Positions 38,693 through 46,497 of a stretch of DNA of 64,000 nt are shown piece by piece. The notes beneath the pieces were generated by a model, which had not been told where the DNA came from, did no database searches, and was given only the letters and a program-made list of their open reading frames with translations. A program made the translations under genes and the position numbers. Source of the DNA: Longimicrobiales bacterium (lineage in GTDB: Bacteria; Gemmatimonadota; Gemmatimonadetes; Longimicrobiales; Gaopeijiaceae); contig CBDFMQ010000002.1 in assembly GCA_965249725.1 (NCBI GenBank), positions 2,144,001-2,208,000 of the forward strand, in the 5' to 3' direction. The first letter of the stretch is position 1. Each line of letters begins with the position of its first letter.

Positions 38693-38869
38693 ATGAGAGC
38701 ACTCACCGTCGACGAAATGGCCGACATCGAAGGGATGAAATTCTGGGCCGGCTTCGGCTGTGGTGCAGGCATCATCGCATCCATCGCGGTGACCGGTACC
38801 CCGGACGTCATCGCCCGGTGGTCCATCTACAGCGGCACGATCGCGGCCTGTGGAGCCGCGTTCTTCTAG
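38693..38869 (+). CDS. Bacteriocin/RiPP-like precursor peptide 2 (58 aa)
   Basis: GGAGG RBS; MRALTVDEMADIEGM-KFWAGFGCGAGIIASIAVTGTPDVIARWSIYSGTIAACGAAFF. Confidence 0.8.
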   Translation: MRALTVDEMADIEGMKFWAGFGCGAGIIASIAVTGTPDVIARWSIYSGTIAACGAAFF

Positions 38870-38876
38870 GGGGTAC

Positions 38877-38905
38877 GGGCTGGGCGTCACCGGGGCGCCC
38901 AGCCC
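38877..38905 (+). promoter_or_regulatory. Stem-loop immediately downstream of the precursor genes
   Basis: GGGCTGGGCG (38877-38886) pairs perfectly with CGCCCAGCCC (38896-38905). Confidence 0.55.
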
Positions 38906-39032
38906 ACCTCGTCTCGGCCCCGGCAACCCGAGGTGCGGCTCCTGCCGGGCCCTCGCCTCGATCACCCGGCGGAAGCTCCTCATCGGGAGTCGTCGTTTCC
39001 TCTGGTCCGTCCGGAATACCATCGAGGGAAAG

Positions 39033-40544
39033 ATGGCTTTAGTCGTCCTGGTGGCAGCCCCGTTCTTGATGCGGAACATGCTGGTGTCCTCCTCGCTGCG
39101 TGCAGCACGCACGAGCCGAGATCTGGCGGACGCCACGATGTTGCTCGCCCATGCGGCCATGGCTGCCGCGCTGATGCTTGCGGTGGTCTCGCGCACTGCC
39201 CGCTCCCTCATAATTGAGAAGGCCCCCGAACCTCTGGCTGTCTACCCTGGTGGCCGACGGGGATTGGCGACGTATCACCTCTGGGGAGAAGTCGCTACGA
39301 CGGGACTCTGGCTCATCGGCTTCTTCTACCTCTTCTACGGTCCCCTGGTGTACGACCTGGCTCCTCGACCGACACTGGCTCTCCCAATGCACTTGATCGC
39401 GCAGGCTTTGGTCTTCTGCGCTTTGGGAGCCCTGGCCTACCGCATCACGCTCTGGACGCTCGAGAGCCGACCGTCCGTCGGCCGGTCGCTCTACTCCTGG
39501 GCAAGCGCCGGAGCCATCCTCGCCTTCCTGGGCATGGCCGCCTCGGCTGCCGTCATCGAGGACCTGCCGAGAGGGGGACTGGAGGGCTCGCGTGCGTGGG
39601 TCAGCGCGGCGGCCGGCGCCTATCCACCCCTTGGCGCCCTGGGCCGATCCGTCAGCAGCTTCCCTAGTGCGGTGACGTGGCTGACCGGGGTCGTGTTGGC
39701 CGGGACCGTCGCCTCGATCACGGCAGTCCCCCTCTCGAGGCGGGTGAGTCCCCTGCTATTGGGAGACCTCGAGGGGCTCCTGCACCCTCGCTTCAAGAGC
39801 GTATTCGGAGGACGGGGCAGAGCCGGCGGCGGAGCGCGCCTCTTCTTCCTCAAGGACCTGTGGCTTCCCGCGGTACGGCATCCGCGACGTGTCTTCACGA
39901 GACACTGGGTTCTCCTGGCCATCGCTCTGACGGGGCCAGTCCTGACGTGGCAGCTGCGCCGCGAGGGCCGCGTGAGTGAGATCGTTGCAGCGGCGGCCCT
40001 GTGGGGTGTGGTGATGGCGGTGCCGTCGCTGGCCGCCTATCTGAACGGCTTGGGCGCACTGGGTCGGGAGGGAGCGGTGTCGGCCTTGATTCGTCCCGTC
40101 CTGCGGCCCGCCGCACTCTGGGGCTGCAAGGTGCAAGCGGTACTGGTGGCCGTCGTTCCCCAAGGCCTCGTTTACGGAGCCATCACCGGATGGTCAGCCA
40201 CGAAGCTGGGGCTGGAACCCGGGCCGCTGGAGGCAGCGGGCGCGGGTGCCCTTGCCGGACTGGTCGCCTCGACGAACGCAGTGGGCCTCGGGTTCCTGAT
40301 TCCCGACTTCCGGCGCAGGAGCTTGCTCACCCCGGGTGCGTCGCGGTCCGCGCGACGCCTCTTCGAGGCCCTCGCAGTCTATGGGATCGCCTCCTGCATC
40401 GCGGTGCGGATCATGACCCGCACGGGCGTGCTTCCTCCAACTCTCTTTCCTGTCAGCGTCGCCACCACGGCGGGTCTGGGTCTGACCCTGGGTGGCATCG
40501 TCACCCTGCTCGCCCTTCGTCGATTTCCCTCGCTGGAGAGTTGA
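39033..40544 (+). CDS. Multi-pass membrane protein, putative ABC exporter permease / immunity
   Basis: Many hydrophobic segments; FFLKD..., REG.....IRP.L....LWGCK permease-like pattern; adjacent to an ABC ATPase. Start uncertain (frame is open from 38850). Confidence 0.65.
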   Translation: MALVVLVAAPFLMRNMLVSSSLRAARTSRDLADATMLLAHAAMAAALMLAVVSRTARSLIIEKAPEPLAVYPGGRRGLATYHLWGEVATTGLWLIGFFYLFYGPLVYDLAPRPTLALPMHLIAQALVFCALGALAYRITLWTLESRPSVGRSLYSWASAGAILAFLGMAASAAVIEDLPRGGLEGSRAWVSAAAGAYPPLGALGRSVSSFPSAVTWLTGVVLAGTVASITAVPLSRRVSPLLLGDLEGLLHPRFKSVFGGRGRAGGGARLFFLKDLWLPAVRHPRRVFTRHWVLLAIALTGPVLTWQLRREGRVSEIVAAAALWGVVMAVPSLAAYLNGLGALGREGAVSALIRPVLRPAALWGCKVQAVLVAVVPQGLVYGAITGWSATKLGLEPGPLEAAGAGALAGLVASTNAVGLGFLIPDFRRRSLLTPGASRSARRLFEALAVYGIASCIAVRIMTRTGVLPPTLFPVSVATTAGLGLTLGGIVTLLALRRFPSLES

Positions 40545-40545
40545 T

Positions 40546-41328
40546 GTGACGGATGGCCCATCAATCTGCATCGACCGCCTCACCAAAAGCTTCGGCGCGA
40601 TCGAAGCTGTCTCCGAGTTGAGCCTCACGGTCGGTACGGGGGAGATCGTCTGCTTCTTGGGGCCCAACGGCGCAGGCAAGACGACGACCATCAACACCGT
40701 CATGGGTCTCAAGAGACCGACCTCCGGCGACGTCTTCATCAACGGCGTGAGCGTCCGCGCGCCGCAGGTGGAATCCGTCCGTAGAAGGATCGGCTTCATG
40801 CCTCAGCAGCCGGTACTCTACGACTATCTCACCGGACGGGAGTTCATCCAGTTCTTCGGCGAGTTGTACGGCACCGACCGGCCACTCGACACGTGGCTCG
40901 AAGAACGCTTCTGCGCGCTCGAGATGAGCCATCACGCGGATCGGCTGATCAGAGACTACTCGGCCGGTATGAAGAAGAAGATCTCGTTCCTGACCGCCCT
41001 GGTCCATCAGCCCGACATCCTGCTGTTCGACGAGCCCACGGGGACTCTCGACGCACTGAGTGCACGCATCGTCAAGGACGAGATGCTCGCGGCCCGTAAA
41101 AGGGGTTCGTTGGTCTTCTTCACCACGCACGTCCTGGAAGTCGCCGAACGCCTTGCGGATCGCATCGCGATCATCCGAAACGGGCGCCTCGTCGCCGATG
41201 GGACGCTGCGCGATTTACGCGCGAGACACGGCCGGGGAGCCGGGGAGTCGCTCGAGAACATCTTCCTCCGTCTCGCCCATCAGGCCGGGACGGAAGGCGG
41301 CGCTGGCACGCGGGGCGCGGGCGGGTGA
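40546..41328 (+). CDS. ABC transporter ATP-binding protein (multidrug/bacteriocin type)
   Basis: GPNGAGKTT, YSAGMKKK, LLFDEPT, TTH; GTG 1 nt after the permease stop. Confidence 0.92.
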   Translation: MTDGPSICIDRLTKSFGAIEAVSELSLTVGTGEIVCFLGPNGAGKTTTINTVMGLKRPTSGDVFINGVSVRAPQVESVRRRIGFMPQQPVLYDYLTGREFIQFFGELYGTDRPLDTWLEERFCALEMSHHADRLIRDYSAGMKKKISFLTALVHQPDILLFDEPTGTLDALSARIVKDEMLAARKRGSLVFFTTHVLEVAERLADRIAIIRNGRLVADGTLRDLRARHGRGAGESLENIFLRLAHQAGTEGGAGTRGAGG

Positions 41329-43466
41329 TCCGATGCTCACTCACTCGGCTGATCCTTAGATGTGCCCGCCGTTTGAACCCGCACCCCGTGGTGCGTCAGT
41401 ATGACCGGGTCGATTGCGGCCCGGCCTGTCTCCTGTCCGTCCTCCGGTTCTACGGAGGAGAGATAGGACTCCCTCGACTGCGATCCTGGTGCGGCACCGA
41501 CGCGAACGGCACGAGCCTACTCGGCCTTCAGAGGGCTGCGACCACCCTCGGATTCGAGGCCCGGGGTGCCAGCGGTACCTTCGAGCAGCTGAGCCAGGAG
41601 CATCTGCCCTGCATCGCTCACGTGGTACAGGAGAAGGCACAACACTACGTCGTCATCTTTGGGGTGCGAGGGCGTCGACTGGAGGTGGGCGACCCCGCGG
41701 CCGGGCTCCGCTGGCTCACACGTGACGAATTCGAGCACATGTGGAGCCATCGAGCGGTGCTGCTCCTCCGGCCGGGCCCGAAGCTCCTTCGCGAACCTCC
41801 ACCGCACTGGTTCAGCTGGGTCCTCTCCCGTATCCGCCACGACTACGGGCTATTGGTGCAATCGGTATTCCTCGGGGTCATCTCCACCGCCCTGGGGCTG
41901 GCTACCGCGGTCGTCGTCCAACGGTTGATCGATGACTTCATCCCACAACACGACGTCGCTCGGATCCTGTGGGCCGGGGGGTTCCTTCTCACGCTCCACG
42001 CGGTGAGGGGGCTCACGGCGTACCTGCGACAGCGCTTCTTGGTAGGGCTCGGGAAGCGGGCCTCCACCGCGATCGCCTCGGAGTTCCTCGAACAGCTCTT
42101 CCGGCTTCCCGCCGGATACTTCGACACGCGAAAGCGCGGCGACGTCATCGCCCGTCTCCAGGACGCCTCGCGGATCCAGAGCGCGGTCCTGGACCTCTTG
42201 GGGAGCACCACCATCGACCTGCTCGTCACCACGCTTTCGATCGCCGCAGTCTTCTACTTCTCACCGCCTTTGGGTTGGATCTCGCTCGTGCTACTGCTCC
42301 CGTGCGCGCTGCTCGCCGGGTCGACCGCGAGGCGGATTCACCGAGAACACGACGCGGCTCTCGGCGCCTACGGGCTTCTGCACGCCTCCTACGTCGATGC
42401 CGTCGACGGAATGGACACCATACGAGGGCTCGGCGTGGGGCGGGTCTTCACGCGGCAGAACCTGGCCCTCTTCGGCCGGTTCCAGACCAGGGTCGAGCGG
42501 CTGGGTCTGACACGTGCCGCAATCGGGTTCCAGGTAGAGAGTTTGAACGGTGCCCTGTTGGCAACGACCCTCACGGTCGGCGCCGTTCAGGTCGTCGCGG
42601 GGAATCTGGGTATCGGGGCCATGATGGCGGCGTATTCGCTGGTAGCGGGCGCTCTGCCGAGCATGCAGCGGGTCATCGAGGGCCTCTTCACGTTCCAGGG
42701 CGGAGGAGCCGCCGCCCAACGACTTCAGGACCTCCTGCTCACTGACCCGGAGAGCAGCGACGGCGTGCTGCCCTTCCGGATGGACGTCGAGTTGAGTCTC
42801 GACGGTGCCGGATTCGAGTGGCCGAACGGGGACTCTGTCCTGAAGGGAGCCCACCTGACCCTGAAGCGCGGTCGGATCGTCGGGGTCAGCGGCGCAAACG
42901 GATCCGGCAAGACCACCCTCGTCCATCTCCTGTCGAGGCGCTATCCGCTCAGGGATGGCCTGCTGAGGGTCGATGAAGTCGATGCATCGAGCATCGACCT
43001 TGAAGCGTACCGGCGCGCGGTGGCCGTCGTCCCGGAGACGGTGAAGATCTTCCATGGCACACTTGGCGAGAACATCGCCCTCGGGGCGATCGGCCTGTGC
43101 GCCCAAGAGCTCGGCCACCGCCTCCGCGATCTCGCGGTGGGCCCGTTCATCAGCCGGTTCAAGGATGGCCTGGAGACGGTACTCGGCGAGGACGGTCGAC
43201 GCCTCTCAGCCGGGGAACGCCAGATGATTGGACTGATACGCGTCCTCCTAGGGCGGCCCTCCGTTCTCATCGTCGACGAAGGCCTGAACGCCCTCGATCC
43301 CCAAACCTATCGGACGGCCGCCCAAGCCCTCTCCGCCCACGCCGAGCGAGGCGCGATTCTGCTCATCTCTCATCACCCGTCGGTGCTGGCGCTCGCCGAT
43401 GAGCGGTTCCGCCTCGAGGGAGGGGCCCTCGCGCCCGTCTCCGAACCCGAGGCCCAGGCGGCGTGA
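41325..43466 (+). CDS. Peptidase-containing ABC transporter (C39 peptidase, TMD, NBD)
   Basis: VRQYDRVDCGPACL (Gln/Cys), QHYVV (His), GDP (Asp); YFDTRKRGD; GANGSGKTT, LSAGERQ, LIVDE. Confidence 0.93.
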   Translation: MIRCSLTRLILRCARRLNPHPVVRQYDRVDCGPACLLSVLRFYGGEIGLPRLRSWCGTDANGTSLLGLQRAATTLGFEARGASGTFEQLSQEHLPCIAHVVQEKAQHYVVIFGVRGRRLEVGDPAAGLRWLTRDEFEHMWSHRAVLLLRPGPKLLREPPPHWFSWVLSRIRHDYGLLVQSVFLGVISTALGLATAVVVQRLIDDFIPQHDVARILWAGGFLLTLHAVRGLTAYLRQRFLVGLGKRASTAIASEFLEQLFRLPAGYFDTRKRGDVIARLQDASRIQSAVLDLLGSTTIDLLVTTLSIAAVFYFSPPLGWISLVLLLPCALLAGSTARRIHREHDAALGAYGLLHASYVDAVDGMDTIRGLGVGRVFTRQNLALFGRFQTRVERLGLTRAAIGFQVESLNGALLATTLTVGAVQVVAGNLGIGAMMAAYSLVAGALPSMQRVIEGLFTFQGGGAAAQRLQDLLLTDPESSDGVLPFRMDVELSLDGAGFEWPNGDSVLKGAHLTLKRGRIVGVSGANGSGKTTLVHLLSRRYPLRDGLLRVDEVDASSIDLEAYRRAVAVVPETVKIFHGTLGENIALGAIGLCAQELGHRLRDLAVGPFISRFKDGLETVLGEDGRRLSAGERQMIGLIRVLLGRPSVLIVDEGLNALDPQTYRTAAQALSAHAERGAILLISHHPSVLALADERFRLEGGALAPVSEPEAQAA

Positions 43467-43476
43467 GGCCGCTGGC

Positions 43477-44229
43477 ATGACTACACAGCGCGCCTTTCTG
43501 TTGATCACGCTCGCCTGGTTGGGCGTTACGCTCTACACGAACGAACGGGTTCTCGCTCCCGAGGTCATGGCCGATGTGGTTCAACGCACGACCGGTGTCG
43601 AGACGCCGGTCGACCAACTGGAGCAGCTGCGTAGACAGGGCCGGTGGGCGTACCCGCTGCTTCCCGTGCTTCTCGCCATCCGGGTCGGCGTCGCAGGGCT
43701 GGTGCTGCAGCTCGTAGCGATTCTGATGGCACACCCGCTCCGGTACGTGGAGGCATTCCGTGCGGGTCTCTGGGGATTCGGAGCCGTAACGTATGGCACC
43801 TTCATACGGATGCTGAGGTTGGATCTCCTGCCAGCGGGTTCGCTTACGCGGGCGGAGCTGCTTACGGTGCCCGATTCGCTGGCTGTCCTTCTTCCAGGCC
43901 CTGGGCTCAAACCGGGGCCGGCGACGACCGTCCTTTCGGCCACACTGAGCACACTCACCCTACACGATGCCTTGTGGATCGGAATCGTGACGGCCTGCCT
44001 CATGCGCCTGCCCGGACTCGAAGGTCGGCGGGCCTTCACGATCGCCCTGGTCGCTTGGGGCATTACAGCACTAGCGAGAGTCGGCGCCCAGGTCTTCATG
44101 GCCAGCGTGCTCATGTGCCCCGGACCTCGTTGCTCTAGGCCTCCTTGCCCCCACATCGGTCCTCCCCTTACCGTGCTCGTCCGCCCCAGTCGGCGCTGTC
44201 ACACCCATTGCCAGAGAACCGTGCCATGA
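43477..44229 (+). CDS. Membrane protein (possibly Yip1-like) of the peptide locus
   Basis: About five hydrophobic segments; same strand, 10 bp after the C39 transporter. Confidence 0.6.
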   Translation: MTTQRAFLLITLAWLGVTLYTNERVLAPEVMADVVQRTTGVETPVDQLEQLRRQGRWAYPLLPVLLAIRVGVAGLVLQLVAILMAHPLRYVEAFRAGLWGFGAVTYGTFIRMLRLDLLPAGSLTRAELLTVPDSLAVLLPGPGLKPGPATTVLSATLSTLTLHDALWIGIVTACLMRLPGLEGRRAFTIALVAWGITALARVGAQVFMASVLMCPGPRCSRPPCPHIGPPLTVLVRPSRRCHTHCQRTVP

Positions 44230-44678
44230 GCATCAGAAACGTCGCAGCCTTCGCTCTCCTCGCGCTGGCCACCTTGGCCACCGCCGATCTCTCCGCCCAG
44301 GACCGGACGTACTACGGCGGACGCTCCCCGGCCGACGGGGACAGCGTGACGCCGTTCAGCGGCGCCGTGCAGGTGGGTAACACCCTCTATCTCTCCGGAA
44401 TGCTCGGACTCGAAGGGGGACAGGTGCCCGCTACGGCCGAAGCCGAGGCCCGGAATGTGCTCAACGGCATGCAGAGCGCTCTGGAAGCCGCCGGTATGAC
44501 CATGAACGACCTGGTCATGGTGCAGGTCTACAGCTCGGATGTCTCCGACTACGGCGCGTTCAACAGCGTCTACCGGACCTACTTCACGACCGAATTCCCG
44601 GCCCGGGCGTTCATCGGCGCCGGCACCCTGCTATTCAATGCACGCTTCGAGGTATTAGGAGTCGCGGTCAAACGGTAG
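44226..44678 (+). CDS. RidA/YjgF family protein with an N-terminal signal peptide
   Basis: PFSGAV.VGNTLYLSG, FNSVY..YF, PARAFIG, FEV; signal MSIRNVAAFALLALATLATADLSAQ. Confidence 0.87.
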   Translation: MSIRNVAAFALLALATLATADLSAQDRTYYGGRSPADGDSVTPFSGAVQVGNTLYLSGMLGLEGGQVPATAEAEARNVLNGMQSALEAAGMTMNDLVMVQVYSSDVSDYGAFNSVYRTYFTTEFPARAFIGAGTLLFNARFEVLGVAVKR

Positions 44679-44853
44679 GAACGCTCTAATCCGGACCGGG
44701 TGCCTCCTCGCGAAGGGGCCCTGGACCTCGACGCTCGACATCCCGTGACTCCGAATGCACATTTAATGGCGCAGGGGAGCGACGTTGGGTCCATCTGGGC
44801 CCCAGACATGGTCCGGCGGAGTTCGCACCAGGCCCCTCGCTAGGGGGCACTGG

Positions 44854-46497
44854 ATGGCGAATCTACAGACACGGACCGGCACTCGTATCGGCTCCTGGAG
44901 CGGTCCGACCGACAGCCTGCTCACGACGCCGACGGAGCGGGCGGAGGGTCTGGCGCGAGTGGGCCTCCCTCTCTACGCCGTCGATCACGGCGACACCTTT
45001 GCGTTCTCGCATGTGGGTGCCGCAGAACTCGGCGGCGAGCCCCGGGTCGAGGGCTTTCCCCTCCTCGCCCTGGCCCCCGCCTGCAAGCCCCAAAACCTCG
45101 GATCGGCTGAATTCGCGCGGGACCATGGCGTCCGTTTCTGCTATCTGGCGGGCGCCATGGCGAACGGAATCGCGTCTGTAGAACTCGTCGAGGCCATGGG
45201 GCGGGCGGGAATGCTGTCGTTCTTCGGCGCCGCCGGCCTCGGACCGGACAAGGTGGAGGACGCCATCGACCACATCTCCACACGTCTGGGTGACCTGCCC
45301 TGGGGCTTCAACCTGATTCACAGCCCCTATGAGCCACGGCTCGAGGAAGCCGTAGCCGACCTATATGTGCGGCGGGGCGTGAGTCGAGTATCGGCCTCGG
45401 CCTACATGGATCTCACGCTGCCGCTCGTGCGGTACCGGCTGCATGGGATCCATGCCGATTCATCGGGCCGGGTCGTGACCCCGCACCGGGTGGTCGCTAA
45501 GGTCTCTCGCATCGAGGTTGCCAGGCGGTTCTTCGCGCCGGCACCAGCCAAGATGGTGGCCGAGTTGGTGGCTCGCGGAGACCTGACCGAAGAACAGGCC
45601 CAGATGGCTAATCGCGTCCCGGTCGCGCAGGACCTGACGGTGGAGGCGGACTCCGGCGGCCATACGGACAACCGGCCCGCCATCGCCCTTCTCCCCACGA
45701 TGCTTGCCCTACGCGATCGACTCCAACTCGAGCACGAATACGAGATGCCTCTGCGTGTAGGTGCCGCTGGCGGAATCTCGACGCCGCATTCCGTGGCCGC
45801 CGCGTTCGCGATGGGTGCCGATTACGTGATGACGGGCTCCGTGAATCAGGCGTGCCGAGAGGCCGGCACGTCCGATACGGTGCGCCAAATGCTCGCTGAG
45901 GCGGAGCAGGCGGACGTGACCATGGCTCCGGCCGCGGACATGTTCGAAATGGGCGTCAGGTTGCAGGTCCTCAAGCGTGGGACGATGTTTCCCATGAGGG
46001 CTCACCGCCTTTATGATCTCTATAGAGCCCATGCAGGGCTCGAAGACATCCCCAACGACGAACGGCAGAATCTAGAGCGTACGATTTTCCGTACGTCATT
46101 GGACGAGATCTGGAACGAGACGCGCAGCTTCTGGGAAGCACGTGACCCGGTTCAGGTCGAAAAAGCCGAGCGCGATCCGAAACATCGGATGGCGCTGGTC
46201 TTTCGGTGGTATCTGGGGATGTCTTCGCGGTGGGCGAACCGCGGTGAACCGGGTCGTGAGATGGACTATCAGGTGTGGTGCGGCCCGGCGATGGGAGCCT
46301 TCAACGAATGGGTAAGGGGCAGCGTGCTCGAGCCCTGGGAGAATCGTCGCGCGGTAAGCGCGGCGCACAACATGTTGCACGGTGCTGCGGTCATTGGACG
46401 AGCGAACGCTCTACGCAGCCAGGGAGTGGAGTTGCCGGCCACCGATGTGGACGTCCGCCCCCGAGAAACAGATGAACTCGAGGAATTGCTGTCTTGA
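44854..46497 (+). CDS. pfaD: PUFA synthase enoyl reductase PfaD
   Basis: GAMANGIAS, FGAAGL, SASAYM, AKVSRIEVA, EADSGGHTDNRP, MAPAADMFEMGV, DYQVWCGPAMGAFN. Confidence 0.95.
   Translation: MANLQTRTGTRIGSWSGPTDSLLTTPTERAEGLARVGLPLYAVDHGDTFAFSHVGAAELGGEPRVEGFPLLALAPACKPQNLGSAEFARDHGVRFCYLAGAMANGIASVELVEAMGRAGMLSFFGAAGLGPDKVEDAIDHISTRLGDLPWGFNLIHSPYEPRLEEAVADLYVRRGVSRVSASAYMDLTLPLVRYRLHGIHADSSGRVVTPHRVVAKVSRIEVARRFFAPAPAKMVAELVARGDLTEEQAQMANRVPVAQDLTVEADSGGHTDNRPAIALLPTMLALRDRLQLEHEYEMPLRVGAAGGISTPHSVAAAFAMGADYVMTGSVNQACREAGTSDTVRQMLAEAEQADVTMAPAADMFEMGVRLQVLKRGTMFPMRAHRLYDLYRAHAGLEDIPNDERQNLERTIFRTSLDEIWNETRSFWEARDPVQVEKAERDPKHRMALVFRWYLGMSSRWANRGEPGREMDYQVWCGPAMGAFNEWVRGSVLEPWENRRAVSAAHNMLHGAAVIGRANALRSQGVELPATDVDVRPRETDELEELLS

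Noticed and set aside
38409..38869. Longer ORF-track starts at 38409 and 38429 for the precursors
   Set aside because: Internal ATGs at 38466 and 38693 have strong RBSs and give matching 15-aa leaders
38466..44229. Lanthipeptide, sactipeptide or thiopeptide cluster
   Set aside because: No LanM/LanBC, radical SAM or YcaO gene in the window; a modifier acting in trans cannot be excluded
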